DNA from: Pocillopora damicornis
Taxonomy: Eukaryota
Reading direction: 5' to 3'
DNA: 64,000 nt
NCBI RefSeq assembly: GCF_003704095.1
Contig: NW_020844041.1
Location: 1 to 64,000, forward strand
The notes beneath the pieces are model-generated. The model had not been told where the DNA came from. It saw only the letters and a list, made by a program, of their open reading frames with translations, and made no database searches. The position numbers were made by a program, and so were the translations under genes. Below, one piece after another: positions 1 to 13,600 of the stretch; positions within the stretch are counted from its first letter, which is position 1; each line of letters opens with the position of its first letter.

Positions 1-808
1 CAAATATTTGCTCTTGCACTAAAACTAAAACTGGGGAATGTCCAAGGATATACCCCAAGATGTATATTCCCCAATTTTCAAATCTTGGAAAGGACATGTT
101 TATTCATAAAGTCATACCAGACAACACTGGAAAGTGAACATTCCACTCGGCAAACACTGAGCTGTTTGAAAACTTTCTCCTGTGCATTGCAAAAATATTT
201 GAAGGATAATAAACAAAACAGCCTCCTTTTGGCTATTGTTTACTCATAACATTAATTAATGTGTCAATTCTGCTTACTGTAAATGTAGAACCTAAACTAA
301 TATTCTAGCATGAAACTAAATTAACATGTTACTCTTCTAAATAATTTTCTTTCAAATGAATCAGTTAATTGATTGTTAACTGTTGTGATTCCTAAGCAAA
401 TAAATCAAAACAAGATCAGAATTCTTGTGCAAGATTTGGTCACTCACTACCTTTTTTTTTCCTTTGTTTTTTTTTTTTCCACTGGCCACTTTTCTGTATG
501 TTGACTGAAATAATTGAACTCATGTTTCATTTATGTGTGGTCTAGACTTAGACAATTATTCACATCAGCGTCTGTCAAAGTGGTATACATTTTCCACCAC
601 ATCCATGAGCAATTATTCAATATCACTAACAGAGGGTTATTAGTTCCTTGTAAGCTATATGCCATATCAGCAAAGACATATCAAGGGCACTTTGCCCTCA
701 ATCTAGTAATAATTCTCAGTACCTCCTAACAACATCTCACATGTACACTCTAATTGGAAGTAACAAACTTCCTCAATCATGCTGCCAGCTCACTTAACAT
801 CCAGCATA

Positions 809-1840
809 CTACTCTAAAGGGGCTGTGGCATTGTTACTGAAACTGCGCACTGGTGAAAAATGCAATGGCGGAAACTGGTTGTTTAAGTCAAACTGTGAGT
901 CAACTGTTTGGCCAGATGACCTGATTGTAAAGAAATGGACAATGCAGTTAACTTTTCATTAAGTGAAACTTATTGCATGACTGTATGATAATCATAATTA
1001 CTGGGCTTTCTCCATAAGTGGCTGACAGAATTCTTGTACTTTTTGCAACACAGATTTTTGATTTCCCCAAGTAAGGTTTGATTAAGGAGTTGTTTATGAA
1101 TCAGTTAAGCTCTGAAGTCCCTCCTAAATTACACCTTTTCTCCAAGGTCAATCCATACATGAGACATTTTATAGCCATGCAGTCTCAGTGAGACAATATA
1201 TTTGAGGTGTGATTAATTTGCTTCCATGCCCAATGAAATCAAAGGTTGGTTTTTGAAAGAAAATCAAAATAGAATTATCACAAATGCCAGGGTTTCAAGA
1301 ACTTTTTGCATAAATGGCTGGTGATGGTGTCATGGGCAACTGTGCCAATTAAGGTGGATCCCAAACACCAGAGCCTGCTAGCAGGCTGAATGAACAAGGG
1401 TGAGAGGTCTTACAGACAGCACCAGACCCCCTCATAATAGGCTTTTAAGCCACTCATAACTTGCAAAGTTTTACGAAAGGAAATTGTTCAAAAGCTAACT
1501 TACCTGTATGTTGTATTGACACTGTAATGCAGCCATGTAAGCTGATTATGACGACGGCGTCCAACACTGCTAATTTGCAATTCCTTGGGATAACAAAAGC
1601 ATCATGTCATGGTCATATTAATATTATAACTGTATTTCACAGTACAAATTTTAAATTTGCTGGTGTTTATTGTTGGAGCTCTTGTGGGAAAAAAACGCAA
1701 TTAAAATTCTTACAGAAATTTGTTAATTGCCCAAAGAGGTGATGCATATTTTTTTTAAGAAAAGGCTCAATTGAGTTTCCAAAACAGATGCAAATAATTA
1801 TCCATGTTCTTTTTGCTACACATATCAAACTTGAGAAATG

Positions 1841-1872
<32 letters not shown>

Positions 1873-4800
1873 ACTTTTTAATTTTTCTTGTGAATGTTCT
1901 GTTGCTAGACTACCTTGAGTCAATCAGTCTGGCCTACATGAGTCAACCTTCATTATGTGTTTTGACACGATTAAATGAATGGTGCTGGTTGGGTCAAACG
2001 ATAGTGAACAATTAGATCTTATGAGGTAAAATTCCCTGAGAGCTTCTTTAGTTGGTGATTATTGCCTTCATTCTTATAGGTGAATCAAGGGTGATATTGT
2101 AAATAAAAACGATGTGCTAGCCACTGTCAGGGTTAAGGAAAGAAAACTGCAGTGTCAGCACAAAACTGCTNNNNNNNNNNNNNNNNNNNNNNNNNNNNNN
2201 NNNNNNNNNNNNNNNNNNNNNNNNNNNNNNNNNNNNNNNNNNNNNNNNNNNNNNNNNNNNNNNNNNNNNNACTAACTTTGTCAATAAATTTTAATACAGG
2301 CAGCTCATTTGTTCTTACAAGGGGTGTCTGCGGAGAGGAATGGAAATCTCTATGAAGGCAAGTATAATGTAGCTTTTGTTACATACATATCTAATCGTAC
2401 CTATTTAATATCATTCAAGCTTATTTGGCTTATTTTGTGTAATGACAAGTGATAGAAAGTTTATGGTCTGGGGCAGTCAAAAAGTGCAGACAAGGTTTTA
2501 TTTCATGTATTTGAATTTTTGCTCTTTTCTTTTTAGCTATTTATTTTTACCGACAAGCTGTTCAGCTTGTTCCAGATATTGAGTTTCGAATCAAAGATTT
2601 TACAAGTTATAATTTGGCATCAGGTAGGTTTTTAGATACCTTTTCCATTGTTATGCATTTGACTGAGTTTCAAATGGTGCGAACTTTATAATGATAGTAC
2701 CATTGATTGTATTTATGGATACCTGGTAAATGTAATGATTTTGTTGTAATGTTTTCAGGAATGGATGAATGAGTGAATGATTATGAATAAATGAAAAACA
2801 AACTGGCCAACAAATAAACAAACAAATAAACAAACAAACGAACAAAACCTCTGTATGAGGACGTGTATGGTGCATATGATACTGTAGGGCTTGGATATAA
2901 CCCTGGCAAACTCACTAAATGCAAGTGATTTTGATAATCTGCGAGTGTGAAAATATCCACCTGCAAACATTTGTTAGGTAGAATCATCCATTTCTCCCAA
3001 ACATGCTATAGATAGGTGGTGGTTGTTGGGATAATGGCAATTAGGAGACCAAATATTTGATATGCAATACAGGTGCAGTGCTCTACCACCTGAGCTACAT
3101 GTAAAAAGCCAACTGGGAGCTGGTCACTATGTTGGCTCCCAGTAAACCTTTGAAGTGATGAATAATAACTGTGAATATATGAAAATCATATATGTGAGCT
3201 GTAGATAAAGATGTGAATATGAAAGCAATCTTCACAGTAACAAACCTTACTTGAACAGTAGTGAAAATAAGGCCTGAAAAAAAAATCCAAGTCATGGGTT
3301 CAAATCCCCTGGAGGCCTGAATTTTTTTTAGGCCTTATTTTCACTACTGCTTATCAAGTAGTGTTCATTACTGCAAAGATGGCTGTAATATTTTATGTGA
3401 AATTTTGTTTGAAGACTCTGGTGTCCTGTTGTATTCATAGCTAGCGGAGATGAGGAGGATGACCCCAATGTATCTCAGGAATCTGATGAGTAAGGAATTA
3501 CTGCTTTTAATTTCAGCCTAGAATGAGTGACAGCTGGGAGCTGTGTAGTGTAGTGATTGTTAGTAGAAAATAATAAATAATGATAAGAAAATAATAATAA
3601 TAATAATGATGGAATTTTTACAATTGAAAGTAAGCATTAACTTGGATCCTTGTTGTTCATGTCTATCAAAATGTGATGTCTTAATGTTATTATTTTACAG
3701 CTCACCTGAGTTAGCAGATTTAGCCAACAGATTCCTTTCTCTCTCTGTTACTGGATTTTGCCAGCCACTTTATGAGACTAGGGTAGGCTTACTGATTCAT
3801 TTGTTTGTTTGTTTGTTTGTTTGTCAGTTTTTGACGTGTCATTTACAAACTTAATTGGTAAAACTAGGAAAACTGTGAGCACTTTGATGTTATGCTCTTA
3901 GGTCAATTGCATAACAGCAAATCAAAGTAATGATCAAGACTTGCAAGAAAATCTTAAAACCATAAATCCTATCATGATTATAAGGTTTAGTTATCTTATT
4001 ATTTCTTGAAAGGCAGTTCTGTTGCATAAACAAAAATATCTCTGGTTTTCATGGTTTTCTGAGTGTGGTAGTTAATCAGAACCACAGGTTAACATAATTC
4101 TGAAAGGTGATTGGTTATTTGAAGTCTCTTGTCATGCTTGCAATTGGACAGTTATCTCATCTCATATGCGGACATTGTTATTGCACATTTTACAGAGTTA
4201 ATTGTTGTTGTTTTTGTTGTTTATTGAAGTGCAAATGTATAACTAATGGCTAGTTTGTTTCTCTACTTTTGGTCAATTATTTGAATCGGTGATTGAATGA
4301 TTGATTGGTTAGCTGGATGAATTATTGAGCAGTTGATCAATTTTGTGATTGTTTTACTGATTGATTCTCTGGTGGTTTTCTTTCTTCCTCTCAGATGACC
4401 CATATCTCAGCCATCCCACTGGAACTCGTCATGTATATTTTCAAGTGGGTGGTGTCCACAGAGCTTGACATGAAATCACTTGAACACTTAGCACTGGTGC
4501 GAAGACACTTTCATGCTGAGTTTAAAACTTTGTTTGTTTTTAAAGTAATAATAAAAATAACAATGACAGTGATAAATGAAATGACATAAGAGTTAAGACA
4601 AGAATTAAGGCTTTTGACAGAGCAACAGATCAGTGAGGATCAGTTTTGTCAAATCTCCATTTATCCACAAGGAAGCAAGCTAAAGAAATAATTCTTGTAG
4701 GCGGACAGTGCTACAAACAGACACTTTTATTGAATTCCCAAGGGTGTCCATTTACAAGAGAGTTGTCTGCTACCCTGTGTCTCTCCACAGCCACGTGCCT

Positions 4801-7118
4801 AGTTGTGTAGTATATTTAAGTCCCAGTGACTGTCAGAGAATAATTTCTCCTTTGCAGTTGTCTCCTGTAATCATGTCTTCCTAATTTGGTTTATTAATAG
4901 GTTTGTAAAGGGTTTTATGCCTGTGCAAGGGATCCTGATATATGGAAACTGGCTTGTCAGAGGTACATGCATGAACATGTAATTTTTGTTTTGTTTTGTT
5001 TGTTTGTTTGTTTGTTTGTTTGTTTGTTTTTTTTTTTGGCATAAATTCAAAAGCATCTTGAACCATTTAACTCCCAAGATCTGATAATTGATTCTCCCTT
5101 CTGGCTGCTACACATTTCCCTGTAAACTAGTTACAGGAATTTGGTATTTGATCAGGGTTATGACTTTTGCCTTATATGTTTGATTATTCTCATTACCTGT
5201 TTTGCTGGAAATGTTTGGAAATTATAGGGAGAAGTTACATGATAATCAATTCTACAGGGTTAAGGTTTTGACCCATAAAAATGACCAGCTTCTAATTTCT
5301 CCTTACATTATTACACGCAAATTAAAGTCACAAGAATAATGGAATGATTACTAACTAGAGAAGCTGTTCTTGATTGCGAAACAAATTCTCCTTATCAGCA
5401 CCTTAGGAAATGTGAAAAGAATGGAATTGAGAATATNNNNNNNNNNNNNNNNNNNNNNNNNNNNNNNNNNNNNNNNNNNNNNNNNNNNNNNNNNNNNNNN
5501 NNNNNNNNNNNNNNNNNNNNNNNNNNNNNNNNNNNNTTGATGCAGTACTGAGCTGGTTTGAAATTAAATTCATCCATTTTTTGGGGGAAAAAACAAGAGT
5601 TTTGGAAACAAAGGTTGCAAAATTTTCCACATGATACTCTTTGTCTTTCATTTTCCTCCAATTAGATTGGTTACTTTAAACAAGCCTTGAAATCTGATTG
5701 GTTGTTTTGTTTTCAGTGTAGCCTCCTCAATGGCTGGGAAAATGATGCGATTTAAAGCAAAAAATGGCATGATTCGTGAATAAATCGCACCAATTAGAGC
5801 TAATCAGATTACAGGAACCACTAGTGATTACATTTCCTTGTAAATAAGTTATGAGAATTTGGTGCTATGTCGATCAAGATAACAAATTCTACCTGATAAG
5901 TTTGAGTATCCTCATCACCTGTTTGCTTGATAATGCATGGATATTATAGGCAGAAGTTACATATTAATCATGTCTGGAAGTTAATGGGTTAACATTCTAT
6001 TTCAGAACTATTAAATCTTGAAAATCAATGTACATGTACTTAAGGATAGATGTAAATGTACCAGTAATCACTAAGACATCAAGAAATGAATGTAACGCTC
6101 CTAATACCTTCTCCTCTAACTGCTGGGGTTTTTGGGATGAACTGACCACTTTCTTCTGCCCTAACACTAATGGGCTTGGAGATCCTTCACGACTTGGTCG
6201 TAAGGCTGATTCTGATACAGGAGAATTCCTTGATGAACCACTATCATTAGTACTTCTCTGTATTTCTTCCTTCCACTGGCGCCGAAATGATGCAAGCTCT
6301 TCCTCAAGTCTCCCCTCATCCTAGAAAAAGTCAGTAACAGTGAAAAAAACAGTTAACTTGGCTACATGCATGACAACAGGGCGCACAATATGTGTGCTGT
6401 TCACTTACACAAGCATGACCTGTCAAGTGTCCCATCACACTGTCCAGTGTTTGCCCTCAAATCAGGCTCAGGGACTAACCAATCATGCTTTAAAATTTTG
6501 TTTTAATTTTCATTAGTCCCATAAGAGTGGTACCATAAAAGGCTTTATTTCAAAATCGTACAATTTTCAGAATTTTCAGCATAGAATTTCACAATTTTCA
6601 GGTCGTAAATTCTAGTAAACAACAATTCAAGCATGCAAGAAATTTGTAATCTTTTTGCTTTGTTTTTCATTTTTGGACAGAACAGTATTACCTGGTAAAG
6701 TTAACAAAGTTGTAATAAACTCTTTCTTCATGCACAATTTGTGTGTCTGCATACTATATTAGAAAAGAATTGGGTCATGCTTTAGCTAAGTGTAGATTGA
6801 GTTATGGATGCTCGGAGGAAGTTTGGAGTGCACTCAAGTTGCTAGAGTTGCTCTCTGCTGTCCTCGGCCACTCTGACGCTTCTCTTGTGCTCTCCAAACT
6901 TCCCGCGTGCATTCATAACTAAAATACGCACGCTAAGCATGGATCAATGGTTCTTTACTAGAGTAATATGATAACACGTCGACACTGCTAACCAGCAATT
7001 CATCTCTGTGTAAGTGGATATCAAGGCTTCCCTTACAACGCATTGTAAAAGAGACAATTAACATCTTCAAATATGTTCTAAAATCGATCAACGAGGTCGC
7101 AAATGTTTATTTTAATTC

Positions 7119-7153
<35 letters not shown>

Positions 7154-7270
7154 TCATTTATTGCACAACACAAGCAGAAGTTGCATTAACACGATTGATG
7201 AGGAAAACCGCGTAAAACGGGCATCAAAAGGAAAAAGTACCCCATGGCAAAGCTCTATACTCACCGCCAT
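809..7270 (-). CDS. FBXO9: F-box only protein 9 (FBXO9), multi-exon. Minus-strand exons: 7265-7270 (MA), 6108-6320, 1504-1583, 809-920 (stop). Middle exons lie on the flipped contig 2271-5435; some exons are lost in gaps.
   Basis: Hand translation with GT-AG boundaries and consistent phases: MA|[19 protein letters not shown]...LEEK; [27 protein letters not shown]|[36 protein letters not shown]. These match the remembered FBXO9 N- and C-terminal motifs. Confidence 0.88.
2300..4962 (+). CDS. FBXO9: FBXO9 internal exons (TPR-like and F-box region) on the opposite strand: 2300-2357, ~2538-2623, ~3441-3488, ~3700-3782, ~4396-4496, ~4901-4962
   Basis: [20 protein letters not shown]|[18 protein letters not shown] (TPR-like); [33 protein letters not shown]|[19 protein letters not shown] (F-box). 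Splice sites present; the contig is bounded by N gaps at 2171-2270 and 5436-5535. Confidence 0.88.
3060..3400. mobile_element. tRNA-derived SINE-like interspersed repeat; other copies at ~12306-12436, ~25710-25845 and ~40890-41157
   Basis: Shared core GTGAATATATGAAAATCATATATGTGAACTG...AAATAAGGCCTGAAAAAA. The 40960-41025 copy carries A-box-like (TAGCTCCGACGG) and B-box-like (GGATTCAAATCCC) sequence. Confidence 0.65.
4985..5037. repeat. (TTTG)n microsatellite; similar tracts at ~2806-2846, ~3800-3822 and ~22185-22220
   Basis: Directly visible. Confidence 0.9.
5066..5263. mobile_element. piggyBac-like MITE family member (TTAA-CCC...GGG-TTAA type)
   Basis: Ends in GGGTTAA; internal similarity to 5830-5992. 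Related partial elements at ~2020-2136, 5266-5435 and 10260-10340. Confidence 0.55.
6770..6948. mobile_element. Palindromic MITE in FBXO9 intron 1
   Basis: Nested inverted arms: CATGCTTTAGC/GCTAAGCATG, AGTTATGGATGC/GCATTCATAACT, GGAAGTTTGGAG/CTCCAAACTTCC. Confidence 0.7.
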
Positions 7271-7610
7271 CTTATAGTGATATTGTGATGCCGTAACAGA
7301 TTATGTCTTCCAGTTGACCAACAAAATAACAAAAATAATTTGTTAGTTTACACTTGTAGAAGACCGCCATGTTTGTTTCCTGATAGAAGCGCAAAAAGAT
7401 AGAAGAAATCTTATGATTGGTTTATTTAGTTTACCAATCAAAAATGACGATGTAATGTGGGAGACAAAGACGCGTAAGACTGGTCTGGAGTGATCGAACC
7501 AATCATAATCGAGAAGAATGAAAGCGGTGTATTTCAAATTTTAGAAATTCTTTCATGATCAGCGAGGTACACATGTAGTAGTTTTATGTAATTTTGTTTC
7601 CTTGTTGAGA
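7271..7610. promoter_or_regulatory. Bidirectional FBXO9/CENP-E promoter with CCAAT boxes, YY1-like motifs and a CDE/CHR-like element
   Basis: Start codons at 7270(-) and 7611(+). ATTGG at 7416, CCAAT at 7434 and 7499; GCGG at 7524 followed by TTCAAA (reverse TTTGAA) at 7533; CGCCATCTT at 7265 and CGCCATGTT at ~7365. Confidence 0.6.
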
Positions 7611-10600
7611 ATGGCAGCAACTGACAACATAAGGGTTGCTATCAGGGTTCGTCCTCTAATAAAAAGGTAAGCGTCGATTTTGTGTAAGTGTTTATCGATT
7701 ACAATGTTCAGATCACTTTCTGTGGAGCATAGCGCAAACAAGCTGGCCGCGCCAACAGACGGTCTGTTTCTAAATTCGTTTTTGTGACCGATCGTATCGA
7801 TGTAATTCCCGAATTTGATATTATGAACTCTGTTATTAATGTTTTATTTACTGCCAACGCGATATTCAAATCGGTTGATCCATTTATTTCGTAAATGCCA
7901 TCAGTGGTTGTTCTTTTTGTCTTTCGACGCTTCAGATTTAACATTAACATTCAGCTTTTGGATATCATCATGTTCCTTGAAAGATTCTGAAAACTGCAGT
8001 CATAGATTTTTGTATTACGTTCCGCATTGAAATATTTCTATGTTTCAAAAACTTAAACACGTCGCAATAAAAATGCGTCACATTTGGTAAAGAATTATGG
8101 ATTTAATTTACCCTATTCACCCAGGCTTATTAAAGCAAAGTATTACCTTCTAAAGGGATAACCAACACGTTAAAGAACACCAGGTAGGGTCAAACAGCCC
8201 TATGATAAAATACATTCCATGAGTGTGTAATGAACTAAACACTATGGATATCATTCATTTTTATTTCTTTAGGGAAAATGATTTTCATCAACCAATACAC
8301 TGGAAGGTTGATGGAAACACCATTACACAATTGTCGAATGCAAAGATACTGCCAAACTCATCCTACTTTTTTGGTAGGTCTCNNNNNNNNNNNNNNNNNN
8401 NNNNNNNNNNNNNNNNNNNNNNNNNNNNNNNNNNNNNNNNNNNNNNNNNNNNNNNNNNNNNNNNNNNNNNNNNNNNNNNNNNGTTAGCCCTTCTTCGAAA
8501 CTGAGAGCTAATAGCATAACACTGTAAGGCTTGAAACACCAACTTTACAAACTCTTTATGATGGCCTGTTACATGTACATTACCATTAAGTATATGAAAT
8601 TGAAGACAAGTGTCGTTTATGTTCATTCTGTTGCATTGAAAGTTAAATTTGAGGAAAGGAAAGGAGACAAGGGTTTCAAAAATTAATGTTTTGAAGTAGT
8701 CATCAGACTCTACAAAAGTAGGTGCCTAGGTAATTTTTTGACCAAAGTAACTGATGACATGTTATCAGGTAGCGGGCCAAACTCTGGCTGTTGCCAGCTT
8801 GTTTTGAAACCCCTGAGGAGAGAGTTAAGGTGGCAGGGTAATCATTTTTCTCTTTTCAATTATTTAATATTAGTCTATTGACATCCTATTTTATTCATTT
8901 ATTATTATTATCTTATTATTTTTTTTATTTTTTACAGAATCCTTCTAGAGAATTTTTAATACGAGTTTCATACATAGAGATCTACAATGAGGTAACTACA
9001 TAATAATACGCTGTTGATGATGCTTCATGATTGTACAAGTAGAATTTGAAAGGCATGCAAACAGTAAATAAATCAGTTTGAATTGCACTTTCTACTGTCA
9101 CTCCTGGCAAACTACAAATTTAATAGAGATGATAAGAGTTTACCCACCCGTAAACAATTTTAATTGCCTTTTTACCACTTGATGTTCGTTGTTTGATAAT
9201 TGAAAGAACAGTACATGCTTTGCTGGGATTTTTATACAAATCTCAGCTTGATTCATAATTTAAGATAATGCTCATTGACTACTGCAATAATGGAGACCAC
9301 TGATGGCCAAAATTGTTTCACTCATGGTCAGATCATTTGACATCTTCCTCCCACAATGCCTTGCTTCAATCCGAAGGGAGTAACTACCAGTCCATTCAAA
9401 TGTAGAGGTCTGGCAAGACTTAGGAGTTCTTGTACCAAAGAGAGAGAGAAAAAAAAAGTTTGTCAGATTTTTGTCCTCTGTTAAACTTTGTTTATTTATG
9501 TCATTTATTTATTTATTTATCAGGACATCAAAGATCTGCTGAATCCTGCGAAAACCAATCTCAAAATACATGAAAATGCTCAGGTAAGTTAACGAAATCC
9601 CTGGAAGAAAAAAAAAATAATAATAAATAAAAATGAAGAAAGTTTTGTTGTGTACAGTAAGTAGCACATGTACATTGATGACCGTGCTTCACTTCGGAAA
9701 TAAATAGAATCTGATTTGAATGGCATCAAATGAATTGCATATAAAGGATTGACTGTTGACGTTTGCGGGCCTTTAGATCAAAGCGTTTCGCGAAACTAGC
9801 TCGTGAAAATTGTGTTAGCTAGCGCCGTCGATTCACCAGCGATAGACTAAAAGTTTAAGAGAAACTTTCAAACGTTATTTCCAATGGCAAATTTGTAATT
9901 TTTAGCTTAATTCACCTTTACTCATCAGTCGTTGTGTACCAAAAACGCCATACGTTAATCGCGTGTTTGTAGATCGGAAAAAGTCTTAAAACGTTACAAC
10001 TCGCCATCTTGGGATTGAAGGAGAGTTCGAGGAGAGACTGGGTTAAAGGAAACCAAGTTATTGTTTGCCCAATAATATTGTAGGAAACTGTTTTTAAAAA
10101 ATCAATCCGTTCCTTTTGTTTTTTAGAAACAAGTCTACGTTGGTGATCTGACAGAGGAGGTGGTATCCTGTAGCGAAGATGTCTTCAAACACATGATGCG
10201 AGGAGAGAGTAAGTAAATATCGCATTTACTCCAGAAAGTTCTCGTAAGCAAAGGTCATTTTAACCATTTAACCCCCAGAAGTGATTAAAATGCAACTTCT
10301 CCCCATAAAATTCATATATTATCCAGCAACGCAGGTAATGAGAATAGCCAAACTGATCTTTGACCCACTTTTCTTCTTTGAAAAATTGCCTCCTCAAAGT
10401 GACTAATTTGTTAACACTTAACAAAGATTAAGCTTAAATATAAAGAACGACGTGAGGCTCTAACGCCGTCCTTTGATTGACACCCGAAGGTGCAATTATA
10501 CAGCCGTTTACCTGCAGGATCGACCATCTGAACGCAGTCAATTTTAATAAAATGGTGTTTAAGAATCCTTAATTTATTTATCTATTTGCATTTTTTTCCG

Positions 10601-13600
10601 TAGAAAATCGACATTTTGGTGTTACTAATATGAACGACCGCAGCAGCAGAAGTCATACAATTTTTCGGGTGGTAAGTTTGCACTTGTCACCGTCCCGCTA
10701 AACACACAGTAGTAAAGATCAAGAATAATATCTGTGCCCTCACCAAACTCGCTTCATTAAGACAATTCTTTACTTCAGCAAGTGATTCCATACGGCTATC
10801 GCAGGCACAATGAGTAGCAAAAGTAGTTACCGTGCCTTCTCTCAGTGAAGTGTTATTATTTTGCGTTATTTTTTGTTCAAGGTTATCGAGAGCCGTGAAA
10901 TGATGGACGAAAGCAAGACTCCTGATACAATAGACGGTGCAGTTCGAGTAGCACATTTGGTAAACAAATAACTCTTAGTCTAAGTAATAATATTATCTCG
11001 AGTGCAAGGGGGTGTTAAGAGAACGAGGAAATATTTCAAAGTGAACAAAATTGCACGAGCCCGTTGGGCAGGTGCAATTTGTAGTCTTTATTTACACCAA
11101 ATTGCTAGAGAAATCATGTTCTTTCCTATTTCAAATATACCTTTAAGAAAACATCACAGCGGGTCCAGATTGACGGAATTTTGTAAGCTTGCACGCGCTA
11201 ATTGTAATTTGCACTCGTGTTCCAACTTTGCACTTGTGTTACATGAGATTGCATTCCTTTTCAGCCAATCACTCGAGGTCGAGCTTCTCAACTCTCTTCC
11301 CATTCTGTTTCCTTGATCTTACTTCCTTACCCATTTTGTAACATCCACCTGTGTTTGTTTCTTCTTTTTCAGAACCTGGTTGACTTAGCAGGCTCGGAAA
11401 GAGCATCGCAAACTGGAGCTTTTGGTTAGCTCATATTTGTCTTTGTCGTTGATGTTGTCGCTATTGTCCAATGATTTGTCAGATTTTTGTCTTCAGTTGA
11501 ACTTTATTCATCAACTTATTTATTTAGTTCTGTGATTTCAAGTTTGCCTTAACTTCAAAGAAATGTTGTTTTAATTTCTCAGGTCAAAGATTGAAAGAAG
11601 GCGGGCACATAAACAAGAGTCTTCTGGCCCTGGGCTCTGTTATAGCCAAGCTAAGTGAAGGAGAAAGGTAAGAATATTTCATTCGGCCTCATAGAACGCG
11701 TTTTAATCGTTTGACCCCTTAGAGTGACCAGCATCTAATTTCTCCCTACAGTATCACCTCTGAATCAAACATTAAGGTAACGAGAATAAAGGAAATGGTC
11801 CCCAACTAAGGGAAAGTCTTGATTTTTAAACAAATTCTCCTTGTCAGCACCTTAGGAAATGCATAGAGAACAGTATGGAGAATATATACAATGATGTTAG
11901 GGTGTAAAGGGTTAAGTGAGTGTCGCACTGGTTAGTACCCAGTTTCTGTCGGTTCGAACCGGTCCAATCATTCAGTGACGTTCAAAATTCCGGGTAACAG
12001 ATGTCGGTTGTTGCGCACGACAAGTGAGTACCTGTAACTTACAAATAAAGTTCTGTGGCGTTCATTTGTGAACATCTTAATGACAGATAAATTATAACCT
12101 AGCGCAAAGTAAGTGTGATCTTTTTAATAGATCAGTCTAATGTTCATACCTGTGACTTTCTTAACGATAATAGCTAATTAGCATGATGAGTGTGAATTTT
12201 TCAATCCCTTTGTTCCCGACGGTACTAAGGAACCGACTCAAATTTAAACACACCTGGCGTGAAAAAGAATACTTTGTTAGTAAGGTTACGAAACGGCTAA
12301 ACTGACTGGATGACTGTAAAAATATGAAATTCATATATGTGAACTGCGGACAAAGAAACGAATATGGAAGCGATCTTCGCTGTAATGATCACTAGCTAAG
12401 CAGTACTGAAAATATGGCCCGGAAAAAATTCAGGCTGACTAGGTACGAATGATCTTAGCTAGGTACGAAACTTCCATGGGTACAAAACAACTGGTAACCA
12501 AGCAAATGACCTCGGTGGCAAGCAAATGCGAGTGATCATGTTGCGATTTGTATCAGTTTTAAATCTGACAAAAGCGTCAGGATATTGACGGCTCCTGTCC
12601 GTTTTGAACAAGATATTAACTATCCAAGGTCTCTACTAATAACAAACTTGTTTCTCGGCAGTTTTATACCATTCCGGGATTCAAAATTAACCCGAATATT
12701 ACAGTCGTCGCTCGGAGGAAATGCAAAGACCTCCATGCTATGTACGATCACTCCAGCGGCGATTGAAGAGTCAATTAGTACTTTAAAGGTAACTGCCCGG
12801 CTGCTTATGTAACTCCTTGCACACGCGCAGTCAGTTTAGAAACTGTTGTAGTGTGTCCCACATGGAATGCAAGTGAGGGAGTCAATTAGTCCGAAGTGGA
12901 TCTTTCACGCACGACTTATGTCAGGCGATATTACCACCTTTAAGAGTCTGGGAAGGTTTCTTGATTACTGAATTTCCCTTCGGTCCGCGTCTTAGACAGG
13001 TAATCCTCTTACAACGATTTCCTTCATGTTTCAGTTTGCCAGCCGAGCGAAAACCATCAAAAACTGTCCAGAAGTTAACGAGGTAAAAATGCGTGAATTG
13101 TTCCCTCTCTAACTTCCGATTAAGATATTTATCTTTCTAACGGTCTCCGTCCGTCTTTCTATCCATCCAATCTACCATCTATCAATCTCGGCGTTAGCTT
13201 GGGAGCAGGCTCTCGTGAGCGCTGCGACGCGAGTGGCGAGGCCGCGCATTTCGAGCCGGAGATCGATGTGAGTGCGTTAGATGTCCGCCAGAGTCCTGGC
13301 TCAATTTTAGTGGCAGACATCTCGTGACCTCATTACCCGTGCCACAGCGCTAATGGGAACTAATCGCACGCTATCTTTGAGATCATTCTTTTATTTAATG
13401 TATACCGCGACATGTCCCATTTCATATAGTTTTATCTTCATGGTTTCTAAATTTAAAAATTTCTTCGCTATTTCAGATTCTACTCCTAGAGTAAATCATG
13501 AAATGAGACAACAGCCCTCTTTAACAGTTGTTCCATTATATTTTAAGGTACTTGATGATGGAACACTTCTAAAGCGTTACAGAAAGGAAATTCGTGAGCT

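Noticed and set aside
7343-7370. Second ATGGCGG upstream of FBXO9 as an alternative start
   Set aside because: The frame closes after a few codons and has no good splice donor; better read as a YY1-like motif or uORF.
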